Origin: Patescibacteria group bacterium
Lineage (GTDB): Bacteria > Patescibacteriota > JACPGU01
DNA length: 64,000 nucleotides
Direction of reading: 5' to 3'
Assembly: GCA_041675145.1 (NCBI GenBank)
Contig: JBAYUK010000002.1
Location: 280,530-344,529, forward strand
The position numbers were made by a program, and so were the translations under genes. The notes below the pieces were generated by a model. The model saw only the letters and a list, made by a program, of their open reading frames with translations, made no database searches and had not been told where the DNA came from. This document shows positions 50,651 to 59,379 of the stretch, piece by piece (position 1 is the first letter of the stretch; every line of letters starts with the position of its first letter).

Positions 50651-50673
50651 AGTGCGCACATAATTACAATGTA

Positions 50674-51771
50674 TTATTTCAAACGAGTCATAGTAGCTAA
50701 GCGAGAAAGCATAATAACATCGTTACTTAAAATTTCGCCATTACCGTCCATGTCTCCAAGGTTCAGATTCATAGGAATTGAACCAGTAGACATTTTAGCA
50801 AGCACGGTGACATCTTCACTATCGAGCTGACCATTCTGGTTCATGTCTCCCTTAAATAGCTGGTTTAGGAGTACTACATCGTTAACCATTACCTTGCCGT
50901 CATTATCCATATCGGCAAGTAATAGGTTTGGAGTAGTGTATCCTGCTGCTTGAGAAAGCACAGCAAGAAGATCCGAGCGGTCAATTATTCCGTCCTGGTT
51001 CATATCTCCCTTGAGTTTCTTATCTAGTAGGACAACATCATTAACCATAATCTTCCCGTCGTTGTCCATGTCTCCAAGGACAAGGTTAGGAGTAGTGTTG
51101 TTAGCGGCCATTGAAGCAAGAATAACGAGGTCCATCTGATCGATCTTACCGTTCTTATTCATGTCTCCCTTTGTTGCGTTAGCGCGGACAATGTTTTCAA
51201 CAATGACTGCGTCATCGATGTTTACAAAACCATCGCCGTTAATATCTGCTGCAAGGTCGGTAGGGATAAGCTGGGCTGACATCTGAGTGATCATAACAGC
51301 ATCCTCAGTGGTAACCTTACCATCTTTGTTGATATCGCTCTTAGCAAGGTTTGCTGCGTTAACGATACCTTTTACCAGAACAACATCAGAATCAAGAACC
51401 TTACCATCACCATCCATATCTGCGCGTCCAGTATCAACTGGAGCAAGACCGAGGGACATTTTAATCATAAGGGCTACATCAGCATCGGTAATCTTTCCGT
51501 CCTGAGTTACATCACCCTTTAAAGGGATAATGATAGCTGCCTGACGAGTGGGAGTAGTTTTAACGGGAGTAGGTTTTGAGGTTACGGCTTTTACTGGTGC
51601 CTTTGCCTTTACTACTGGCTTCGCAGGAGTTTTGATCTGTGTTACAACGGGCTTTTTGTTCGAGTAGTTAAGACGAACAGTTGCCGCCTGAACAGCAGAA
51701 AATGGGGTAGCAAGTACTCCCAAAACAACAGCTGACAGAACGATAGCACTAGTTATATTTGGACGAATCAT
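50674..51771 (-). CDS. Secreted protein composed of about twelve dockerin-type (EF-hand-like Ca-binding) repeats, with a Lys/Pro/Thr-rich N-terminal linker.
   Basis: Signal/TM N-terminus. Repeats D(M/I)(N/D)xDGK(I/V)xxxDxxLxxxxxxG follow about every 22-30 aa. Confidence 0.6.
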   Translation of the reverse strand: MIRPNITSAIVLSAVVLGVLATPFSAVQAATVRLNYSNKKPVVTQIKTPAKPVVKAKAPVKAVTSKPTPVKTTPTRQAAIIIPLKGDVTQDGKITDADVALMIKMSLGLAPVDTGRADMDGDGKVLDSDVVLVKGIVNAANLAKSDINKDGKVTTEDAVMITQMSAQLIPTDLAADINGDGFVNIDDAVIVENIVRANATKGDMNKNGKIDQMDLVILASMAANNTTPNLVLGDMDNDGKIMVNDVVLLDKKLKGDMNQDGIIDRSDLLAVLSQAAGYTTPNLLLADMDNDGKVMVNDVVLLNQLFKGDMNQNGQLDSEDVTVLAKMSTGSIPMNLNLGDMDGNGEILSNDVIMLSRLATMTRLK

Positions 51772-51871
51772 GTGTGTATGCCTCCTAGTTAGGGTGGTTA
51801 GTATTACCTACATACTAGCACAATATATGACAAATGTCAATAGATATAACTATAATATGGCCTAAATGCCT

Positions 51872-51896
51872 AAAAAGCCCCGGATGGGGCTTTTTA
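51872..51896. terminator. Palindromic intrinsic terminator downstream of the 776-aa membrane protein gene on the minus strand.
   Basis: AAAAAGCCCC-GGAT-GGGGCTTTTT. Confidence 0.65.
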
Positions 51897-51931
51897 GGTA
51901 GCATTGTAGATATTATACCGTTAGATCTTTC

Positions 51932-54262
51932 TTACAGTGGAAGCTCGAAGACTTCTGTACCAGATAGGACAAAGAGTTTACGGTTGTTCGAATCTACCCA
52001 GATATCTTTCATATCTGTAAACTTATCTGAAATAAACTGGCGCTGGTAGACACCTTCTTTATTGAAAATAACTACTCTCCTGGCGCCAGAATCGGCTACA
52101 TAGATCATGCCAGCATCCTTTTCTACTACGAGCTTAATCGGGCTTATAAGGCCTGAGATACCAACCTTGTTTGGGTCAGAGCTTTTACTTACCGCTGGCA
52201 TACCGGTGATCTGGAACGGGGTCTTGGCTCCAGATAGGAATTGGGCAACCTGTCCATCTGAAGTAAGTGCAAAGACAGACCCATCAATTGCTATATCTAC
52301 TACCTTAGAGAGGTCAAGTCCTCCTGCATCTACTATATAGGGAGTTTTTGATCCGAAGTTACCAGCAAGACCGTTGAACTTGTAGATCTGCTTCTCTTCA
52401 GGGACTGCAAGATATATGTTAGTAAAGTAGGTAGCAATAGCGCTTGCTTTTGGCCAGGTATCTCCAGAGACCTGTGTTCCCTGAGATATCGAGTTGTTTG
52501 TTGCGTTGTATGAATATACCTCGTTTGGAGTAGTAGTCGCAAAGTAAGCGTTACCATCATCAGTAGCTACTAGGTCCTTATACGTACCTTCAAAGTAGAG
52601 TCCTTCTATTTTCTCGACTGCGTTGGTGGCTCCGTTATAAAACAGTGCACCTGCTCGCTCGCGATCAAAGGTAATAAAACCATCTCCCTTCTTGTATAGT
52701 CCATCTACCTTAACAGTGGGGTCTACCTGGTTGAAGTTTACCACTACCTTCGGGTCAGCTACTCGGGCAATATTAAAGAGTTGCTCTACATACGTATCTA
52801 TTTGAGCAGAAAGCTCTTTGATGTCTTTTTGCATGTAGGCGCTTGAGAGAATACCCTGAATACTCGTTTGAGCTTCAGAGAGAAGTGCACGCGCCTTCAC
52901 ATCGTCCCCAAGTTTTTGAGCCTTCATCGCTCCTTCAGACTTGGTTTTGATAGCCTGGTATTGGTCAGATATTTCCTGCTTTTTCGTTTCCGTTTTTTTA
53001 CTCTGGTATGAATAGCCACCAGAAGCAACAAGCGCTACGATAAGGAGTAGTGAGACAAGCACAAACAGCTGACTGCGTTCACGACTCGCGTTTACATAGT
53101 CACGAGCCTTCTTTGAAACTACTTTCGCTTTTTCAAAGATGGGGATAAGGGGATTCTGTTTTGGTACCGAAAACAGATCTTGCTGGGGGACTGGCTTAAG
53201 TGCATCATTTCCGAAGATTGGCGGAACGGTACTTGTTTCTTGAGTAGCATCATTTTTGGACTCTTTTTCTTCGGTATTTTTCTTTTGGAAGTCCTGAATT
53301 TTTTCACTTACACGGCGACTTGCTTCCTGGCTAAACTTATTCACACCTACGGAAATTTGTTCCTGGTACACGACCTTAGATTTCTCGAGAGATTTTTCTA
53401 TAGTTTCTTGAGACCGGCGGACAAAGAACTGGATAATAGGGGTGATCTTCTGTGTAACCTGAGAGGGGTTTGCCTTTGGAAGGGTAATAGCTGGAGCTTC
53501 TTCTTCACCAAACCAGGCAGCATCATTAGGGTTTTCTGCTTGTCCTAATACTTCGTTTTCGGGAACAAGCTCGAGAATAAGGGCGTTGATTGATTCCACT
53601 TCTTCACGACGCAGGCTTTTTACGATATATGACGCAGCGGCTGCTGGAGTAAACTTAGCAATAATACGACGCAGGTCGTCGATTGAGAAATGGTAGAACA
53701 ATTCAGAGGTAGAGACGATTACGCGATCTGCTAACTCTAAGTTACCTGACGCAATGTTGATAAAAGTAGTGAGGGGATTCGGTTTTTCTGAGGCAGTGGA
53801 AAGGTTCTCGGTAACATGAGTGATGCGCTCATCACGCACTAAGTATGCCTCGCTCGTTCCAGATTGCGTAATATGTAAAATATTTCCTTCAAGAGCAGCG
53901 ATGACGCCGTTGATCTTGCCAATCCAGCCTACTTCACCTTCGTCGGCCAAGTAGGTGAGGCGTTCATTTACTTTTTTAAGTGCCATTTCAAGACTGTCTA
54001 TACCAGAAGTTAAGTCCTGGTAGTACTCCTCGATAACGGTTGTTTCAATCATCTTAATGACCCGTGCCATCGCGGGGTCAGGGGACATGATTTCAAGTAC
54101 AAAATAGAGCATCCCATGTTCCTTCTCGGCGTTATCACGCGGCTTGAAAAGGGAGACTAAGGTGTGGCGATCTGGAGTCTTTTGTTTCGAGAGGATTTTA
54201 CCTACAAGAGTAATGTAATTCATATATCTGTGTTTCAGTGTTTTTTGATTAAGAGAAAACAA
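51932..54262 (-). CDS. Bitopic membrane protein with an N-terminal cytoplasmic PP2C-like (possibly degenerate) domain, one TM, and a C-terminal extracellular beta-propeller-like domain.
   Basis: GNILHITQSGTSEAYLVRDERITHV and DRVIVSTSELFYH resemble PPM motifs with GTS in place of GDS. The TM helix is LFVLVSLLLIVALVASGG. The C-terminal half is a beta-rich repeat region. Confidence 0.35.
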   Translation of the reverse strand: MFSLNQKTLKHRYMNYITLVGKILSKQKTPDRHTLVSLFKPRDNAEKEHGMLYFVLEIMSPDPAMARVIKMIETTVIEEYYQDLTSGIDSLEMALKKVNERLTYLADEGEVGWIGKINGVIAALEGNILHITQSGTSEAYLVRDERITHVTENLSTASEKPNPLTTFINIASGNLELADRVIVSTSELFYHFSIDDLRRIIAKFTPAAAASYIVKSLRREEVESINALILELVPENEVLGQAENPNDAAWFGEEEAPAITLPKANPSQVTQKITPIIQFFVRRSQETIEKSLEKSKVVYQEQISVGVNKFSQEASRRVSEKIQDFQKKNTEEKESKNDATQETSTVPPIFGNDALKPVPQQDLFSVPKQNPLIPIFEKAKVVSKKARDYVNASRERSQLFVLVSLLLIVALVASGGYSYQSKKTETKKQEISDQYQAIKTKSEGAMKAQKLGDDVKARALLSEAQTSIQGILSSAYMQKDIKELSAQIDTYVEQLFNIARVADPKVVVNFNQVDPTVKVDGLYKKGDGFITFDRERAGALFYNGATNAVEKIEGLYFEGTYKDLVATDDGNAYFATTTPNEVYSYNATNNSISQGTQVSGDTWPKASAIATYFTNIYLAVPEEKQIYKFNGLAGNFGSKTPYIVDAGGLDLSKVVDIAIDGSVFALTSDGQVAQFLSGAKTPFQITGMPAVSKSSDPNKVGISGLISPIKLVVEKDAGMIYVADSGARRVVIFNKEGVYQRQFISDKFTDMKDIWVDSNNRKLFVLSGTEVFELPL

Positions 54263-54336
54263 ATCATAGGACTGGTTGAGTCTTCGATAATTGTAATACG
54301 AGGAGCGTATTTTGCAAGAGACAAATCAGTGGAAAA

Positions 54337-54918
54337 TTACAAAATAGAGAGTACCAGCGAGAGGATATATACCATAATCACAATGAGTACGATAGTTCTT
54401 TGGCGTTTTTTGACAATCGCCAAGATAATAAACATCAGTGGAAGCACCGCCAGAGCCGAGATAAGGTTCACTGCAGCTTCAGGTGTGATGTTTAGAAGAT
54501 CAGAAAGGTTGGTTTCAAGGTGGAGACCCGCATATGATTTCGTTAACAGTACTCCTGAGACCAGGAAAATAGTCATACCAATTGCAATATAGGTAATAGT
54601 AAAGACATTACGGCGAGTAAGTACTGGTTCGCGACCTTCTCTCTTGTTGTGCCACTTAGTAACAAGACTAGGTATATAGATAGTATAGAACCAGCTATAC
54701 AGGTTTTTTACTCTTTCAATCTTATTATTAGCCTTAGTGAACTCAATAAAAGAATGAAAGAGTTTGTTTTCAATCTCTAGTAAGCTACCACCCAGGACTA
54801 GGAAGATTACTCCTGGCATAACGGGAGCAATCACGCCAATTACCCCCAGGGTAATGAGGGCGATTCCGGCACCGCGCCGGAGGGATCTGTTATGTTTTGC
54901 CTTGGTAAGTATTGCCAT
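54337..54918 (-). CDS. Hypothetical polytopic membrane protein.
   Basis: Five or six predicted TM helices. No recognisable motif. Confidence 0.4.
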   Translation of the reverse strand: MAILTKAKHNRSLRRGAGIALITLGVIGVIAPVMPGVIFLVLGGSLLEIENKLFHSFIEFTKANNKIERVKNLYSWFYTIYIPSLVTKWHNKREGREPVLTRRNVFTITYIAIGMTIFLVSGVLLTKSYAGLHLETNLSDLLNITPEAAVNLISALAVLPLMFIILAIVKKRQRTIVLIVIMVYILSLVLSIL

Positions 54919-54934
54919 AGTTTTTACATAATAA

Positions 54935-55097
54935 CAGCCACCGTTGAACGGGGCGATAAGACAAAGATCGAGGACCTATACGAGATAGGTGGGTGTCCTC
55001 AGAGCGATATCGCGAACGAATCGCCAACATCACAGAATTTGGACTCCCGTTAAAAAAGTGTAGGTCGATCTAAGCGTCGTCCCGTTCAACCGTGGCT
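54935..55097. ncRNA. Candidate structured ncRNA, about 160 nt, closed by a 21-nt near-perfect long-range helix. Strand and identity unknown; 6S-like is one possibility.
   Basis: CAGCCACCGTTGAACGGGGCG (54935-54955) pairs with CGTCGTCCCGTTCAACCGTGGCTG (55074-55097). Internal nested hairpins are AGGAC-CCTAT...ATAGG...GTCCT, GCGATATCGC, and GCGA-ACGAA-TCGC. The gap of about 215 nt is non-coding in a compact genome. Confidence 0.35.
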
Positions 55098-55133
55098 GTA
55101 TACTAAGGTGCGATGTATAGCTTTATTATATTC

Positions 55134-55814
55134 CTAGCTAAATAGGAGAACAATAGATTTTATTACAACAGTAATAGGATACATCACAAGAAACTCTAAG
55201 AACCGAGTTACTGCAAAGAGAAGAGGGGAAAGAACGGGGATATTAAGAAGTATCTCAAATAACACTGCTCCGAGAAGAACGAGCGGTCCGTATTTCTCGA
55301 ACTGATTGACTGACTCTTCCCATGAGGCAGGAGCAAGGGAGCGAATAATCGTAGCGCCATCCAGCGGTGGGATAGGAAGGAGGTTGATAGCCGTCATCCA
55401 AAGAGTAATCTGGAAGATGATATTGAAGATATACAGAATCACGTTGCTATCTGATCCAAGTCCAAAAAATCCCCGAGCAATACTAAATGGTATCGCCACT
55501 ACCACTGCGAGTAGAATTTGTGCTGCAATGCCGGCCAGTGCTATTTTGGCTCTATCATACTTATGTGAAAGCGCACTGATGTTAATAGGAATAGGCTTTG
55601 ACCATCCGAACCCAAACAGCACCAGAAATACCGTCCCAGTCGGGTCAAAGTGGCGAGAGGGGTTTAGGCTCATACGTCCTGCAAAGCGGGCAGTATGGTC
55701 GCCGAGTCTGGCTGCCATCCAGGCTTGCGCATAGGCGTGGAGCGTTAAGCTTAAGATAATTCCAATAATGAATCCAGTAAAATCAAGTGGGCTTTTAATC
55801 AAAGAAAATAGCAT
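55134..55814 (-). CDS. Site-2 protease (peptidase M50B)-like membrane protein with a degenerate HExxH motif (HAYAQ).
   Basis: Motifs LNPSRHFDPTGT and LPIPPLDGA, characteristic of small M50B proteins. The catalytic HExxH position reads LHAYAQAW. Confidence 0.5.
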   Translation of the reverse strand: MLFSLIKSPLDFTGFIIGIILSLTLHAYAQAWMAARLGDHTARFAGRMSLNPSRHFDPTGTVFLVLFGFGWSKPIPINISALSHKYDRAKIALAGIAAQILLAVVVAIPFSIARGFFGLGSDSNVILYIFNIIFQITLWMTAINLLPIPPLDGATIIRSLAPASWEESVNQFEKYGPLVLLGAVLFEILLNIPVLSPLLFAVTRFLEFLVMYPITVVIKSIVLLFS

Positions 55815-55894
55815 AGGTTTGTTTAGGGGGTGACAGGGTTAGTAATTCGTGGTATACTCGTCTTATTGTCTAATAGTACGGTAAGTAAATTCGT

Positions 55895-56083
55895 ATGTCA
55901 AAGATCTGTCTTTTTTGTTCTAAAACCCGGGCAACCGGAAATAATGTTTCTCACTCAAACCGCAAAACTCGTCGGGTTTTTAATCCGAACTTGCAGGTTG
56001 TATCTGTCGTGCGCGATGGTCAGAAGATTCAACTAAAGGCCTGTACGAAATGTATCAAAACGATGGGAAAGAAACTTAAGTAA
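55895..56083 (+). CDS. rpmB: 50S ribosomal protein L28.
   Basis: CLFCSKTRATGNNVSHSNRKTRRVFNPNLQ is highly conserved L28 sequence. Extended -10 TGGTATACT at 55848-55856. Confidence 0.85.
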   Translation: MSKICLFCSKTRATGNNVSHSNRKTRRVFNPNLQVVSVVRDGQKIQLKACTKCIKTMGKKLK

Positions 56084-56084
56084 A

Positions 56085-56113
56085 AAATACACCCCCAGGG
56101 GTGTATTTTTTTT
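56085..56113. terminator. Bidirectional intrinsic terminator after rpmB and the convergent Zn-ribbon gene.
   Basis: ACACCCC-CA-GGGGTGT flanked by A6 and T8. Confidence 0.75.
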
Positions 56114-56414
56114 AGCTCTCAATAGCAGTTGCGACTTCTTGTTTTACATAACAATCCAGACACATTGCTTCCTCATCTGGAGAAACTTCAGTAGAAGTGG
56201 TACCGGTCTTGCCACAGACAAGGCAGGTGAGCTCCTTTTCCTTAGATTTTTCAATCTCTTGCTCTATTTTCTTTTTCGCTCGACACGCACGACAACGCCG
56301 TGGGACTTCTTTAAATCCCTTTTTCTTGTAGTAGGCTTGTTCGGCTACATCCCAGATAAAGGTAGTGCCACAGTCCTGACATTCGAGTGGTTTGTCTTTG
56401 AGTACTTCGCTCAT
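56112..56414 (-). CDS. Small zinc-ribbon protein (four CxxC pairs), hypothetical.
   Basis: CQDC...CRAC...CLVC...CLDC. Confidence 0.45.
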   Translation of the reverse strand: MSEVLKDKPLECQDCGTTFIWDVAEQAYYKKKGFKEVPRRCRACRAKKKIEQEIEKSKEKELTCLVCGKTGTTSTEVSPDEEAMCLDCYVKQEVATAIES

Positions 56415-56490
56415 AGTATATATAACTAATGTAATTACACCTTTATTATACCATACCAGTCAAGATACCCTGTCGTGGTATAGTAGATAT

Positions 56491-57435
56491 ATGAATCAGG
56501 TAGTTAAAAGTCCTCAGTACCACATGCTTATTACCTCGTACCTGGCGGGGTATAATTCTCATGCCTACTTATTTCACGGACCCGATACCCAGACACAGTA
56601 CGCAGTAGCCTATGCCTATGCTCATTTTCTTTCCTGCACAGACAAGAAAGAAGGAGAAGTTTGTGGAACATGTCCTGCGTGCCGGGCAGCTATAGAAGGC
56701 CAGATTCTGTATAGCGAGATTATCGGAGAGGACCCTAACGAGAGCATTAAGATTGAGGCAATTCACGAAATTCAGAGGTTTTTAAGCCTTAAGCAAGCCG
56801 AGGGGTCATTCAAGATCGTTATTATTAGGAATTCCCAGCAGATTGCTCGTGAAGCTCGTGAGGTGTTACTTAAGACACTCGAGGAGCCGAGCCCAGGATC
56901 GGTGATCTTTTTATTGACCACGGATCGCAATGCGTTAACCAAAACCATTCTTTCTCGGTGTCAGAGTCTCTATTTTCCCGTGTACCCGGTTATCGGGATA
57001 GTAGATGAAGAAGAGGCATTCTGGCGAGCGGTATATAGGGATAACGAGGCACTGGTGAAAGAGGTTATGTCTATAACTGCTAAAAAAAGAGAGGGCAAGA
57101 AGGATATACTCCTTAGTAGACTGGCATCACTAGTTTCAAACGATGAGTACCGTCTTATGCTTGTAGCCTATGACCTATCCACAGGGGATGATGCGGTAGA
57201 GGAGATTCGTCAGTTAATCGGAGTACTGGGAATGCTATGGCAGGGGAGTTTACTTAAAAAACCGGTTTCTGGGGTCTTTAAAACTCTCCAATTGGAAGAA
57301 AAAAATATATATGATATAATACCTCGAGTCATCACAGTCTTGATTGAAACCCAGCAGAAGTTGGTATCAACAGCAGGGAATCAGCGGTTGATACTGGAAT
57401 CTGGGATGCTTCAGGTTTCTGGCACTGTGCGCTAA
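56491..57435 (+). CDS. holB: DNA polymerase III delta-prime subunit (clamp-loader AAA+).
   Basis: The start is at ATG 56491. Zinc module CGTCPACRA, HAYLFHGP, and the delta-prime domain pattern. TGGTATAGT lies upstream. Confidence 0.65.
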   Translation: MNQVVKSPQYHMLITSYLAGYNSHAYLFHGPDTQTQYAVAYAYAHFLSCTDKKEGEVCGTCPACRAAIEGQILYSEIIGEDPNESIKIEAIHEIQRFLSLKQAEGSFKIVIIRNSQQIAREAREVLLKTLEEPSPGSVIFLLTTDRNALTKTILSRCQSLYFPVYPVIGIVDEEEAFWRAVYRDNEALVKEVMSITAKKREGKKDILLSRLASLVSNDEYRLMLVAYDLSTGDDAVEEIRQLIGVLGMLWQGSLLKKPVSGVFKTLQLEEKNIYDIIPRVITVLIETQQKLVSTAGNQRLILESGMLQVSGTVR

Positions 57436-57452
57436 TATTCGTATTACGATAC

Positions 57453-58124
57453 ATGATAGAACTTATTATCTTTTTGGCAGCAGCTGCATCACTGGTTATT
57501 ATCGTTGCTCGTCGCTTTCCTGATCTTCAAAACTACATTCGCTCATTGTCGGGTGGAGTTGATGAAGAGGTAAAAATGCACCGTTTTGAGACTTCATCTC
57601 AAAAGCCAGGGAGATTGCAAAAGGTAACTTCAGGTCCTACGGATGACATCTTGCGTGCTGTGTTTGACCAGGTAAAGATACTGGTTGCTGAAAGAAAGTT
57701 CAAAGAAGCGGAGTCGCTTTTAATAGAACAGATTGAGCACGACCCGAAGAATCCTAAGATCTATAACGAACTTGGGGTGGTGTATCTTGAGGATGAGAAT
57801 TTCTCAGATGCAAAGGAAGCGTTTAAGACTGCACTTAAGTACGACAAGCATAACGACCTGTTCTATAACAACCTTGGACTTGCACTTTTTAACCAAGGTC
57901 GCTATATTGAAGCGATCGAGGCATACCAGCGTTCAATTCAATTGAATGGTTTGGTTCCTCATAGATACATCAATCTTGGCCTTGCGTATGCGGCACTTCG
58001 CCAATATGAGAAGGCACTGGATATGTATAAGAAGGCGAGAGTGCTCGATAAAGATAATGAACAGTACGAGCAGCTGATTGCAGAAGTATCTGATAAGATT
58101 GCAGAACTGAGGGGAATGGAGTAG
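57453..58124 (+). CDS. Membrane-anchored TPR-repeat protein.
   Basis: N-terminal TM, then three or four TPR repeats (YNELGVVYLEDENFSDAKEAFKTALKYD...). Confidence 0.6.
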   Translation: MIELIIFLAAAASLVIIVARRFPDLQNYIRSLSGGVDEEVKMHRFETSSQKPGRLQKVTSGPTDDILRAVFDQVKILVAERKFKEAESLLIEQIEHDPKNPKIYNELGVVYLEDENFSDAKEAFKTALKYDKHNDLFYNNLGLALFNQGRYIEAIEAYQRSIQLNGLVPHRYINLGLAYAALRQYEKALDMYKKARVLDKDNEQYEQLIAEVSDKIAELRGME

Positions 58125-58158
58125 TTTTTCATATACTATGGGCTCTCTCACGCTTTGA

Positions 58159-58197
58159 GCCGATGTAGCTCAGTTGGTAGAGCGTCACCATGGTAAT
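58159..58197 (+). pseudogene. Degenerate 5' fragment of a tRNA-Thr-like gene (acceptor 5' strand, D-arm and anticodon-arm 5' half only).
   Basis: 35 of 39 nt identical to the 5' part of the intact tRNA-Thr at 58341. No matching 3' half. It is followed by GTAGCTCAGT/ACTGAGCTAC inverted repeats (58165-58174 and 58234-58243) plus T6. Confidence 0.5.
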
Positions 58198-58340
58198 AAA
58201 CAAACCCCATATGGGGTCGCGAAAATTGCCTCGACTGAGCTACTTTTTTGGTCTTTATAGTCTCGATGAGCACTCTTCTAGTATTAAACAGGTCACTGGC
58301 TACTAGCATTTTTTGTAGTCACTACGATACAACGAGTAGT

Positions 58341-58413
58341 GCCGATGTAGCTCAGATGGTAGAGCGCAACCATGGTAAGGTTGAGGTAACGGGTTCGATT
58401 CCCGTCATCGGCT
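58341..58413 (+). tRNA. tRNA-Thr (anticodon GGU).
   Basis: Acceptor GCCGATG/CATCGGC, D-arm GCTCAGATGGTAGAGC, anticodon stem CAACC/GGTTG with loop ATGGTAA, and T-arm ACGGGTTCGATTCCCGT. Confidence 0.85.
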
Positions 58414-58452
58414 TTGATGAATTAACTGCTGTAATAAGCGGTTTTTTTATTT

Positions 58453-59349
58453 ATGGAGATAGAAAACTTACTTACGCAGTTTTGTGACTACTCGCTGCAT
58501 ATTCGCGGATATACGCCCGATACAATCAAGCGCTACAAGTTCGCCATTCGTTTTTTCTGGAAACATGCTCAACCTGTAAATGTTGGTGCGGTTACTCCTA
58601 CTATGGTTCAGGACTGGTTTTTGTGGGGTAGGGTACAGCGTCACTGGTCAGCATCGGGGTGTGTAACCTATCATAAATCGCTACTTGTATTTTTTCGGTG
58701 GTGCGTACAGAGGGGCTATATTAAGGAAAATCCCGCCAGTGATCTCGAACTACCAAAGCACGAGAAGCGACTGCCGCCAAAGCTTACCAAGCAAGAAGCG
58801 CTTCGGATCTTAGAGGCGGCCTATAATTATCCTTATACATACACACACCTGCGCTATCGGGATCATGCGATCATGGCGATGTTTATTTATGCTGGCCTGA
58901 GAAAGACCGAATTGATCAAACTGCAGTATGGTGATGTTGACCTCGAAAATATGTCGATTTTTATCAGAAGGGGAAAGGGGAATAAGGACCGTGTCGTGCC
59001 CATCTGCCACAACCTCGCTGTGACCCTGCATCGGTACGATAAAGAGCGGCGCAGGCTGAACAAGACTTGTCCGCAGTTTTTTGCGTCGCTGATCCGAGAT
59101 ATGGGCATCACTGAAATAAGCCTCAGACGCATTGTATTGCGCGTACAGAAGGCTTCAAAGATAAAGTTTGGGGTGCACAAGCTCAGGCACACATTTGCGA
59201 CCCTGATGCTTGAGGGAGGTTGTGACATCTATTCCTTGTCTCGCATGATGGGGCACAGTGATATTAAAACCACTACCATCTACCTGGCTGCCAGCGCTGA
59301 GCATCTCAGAAGCCAGATTATGAAGCATCCGCTGAATGAGGGGATGTGA
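58453..59349 (+). CDS. Tyrosine site-specific recombinase/integrase (XerC/D-like), immediately downstream of tRNA-Thr.
   Basis: N-terminal SAM-like domain. Catalytic residues in HKLRHTFATLM and GHSDIKTTTIYL (R..H..R...Y). Confidence 0.8.
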   Translation: MEIENLLTQFCDYSLHIRGYTPDTIKRYKFAIRFFWKHAQPVNVGAVTPTMVQDWFLWGRVQRHWSASGCVTYHKSLLVFFRWCVQRGYIKENPASDLELPKHEKRLPPKLTKQEALRILEAAYNYPYTYTHLRYRDHAIMAMFIYAGLRKTELIKLQYGDVDLENMSIFIRRGKGNKDRVVPICHNLAVTLHRYDKERRRLNKTCPQFFASLIRDMGITEISLRRIVLRVQKASKIKFGVHKLRHTFATLMLEGGCDIYSLSRMMGHSDIKTTTIYLAASAEHLRSQIMKHPLNEGM

Positions 59350-59379
59350 TACTATGGTAGAGAAAAGTAATCTTAAGAT

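Noticed and set aside
58159-58243. Possible second complete tRNA upstream of tRNA-Thr.
   Set aside because: Only the 5' half (acceptor 5' strand, D-arm, anticodon 5' stem) is tRNA-like. There is no anticodon 3' stem, T-arm or acceptor 3' strand. It is therefore called a degenerate fragment.
58248-58487. 79-aa ORF on the plus strand.
   Set aside because: It runs straight through the tRNA-Thr gene, so it is an artefact.
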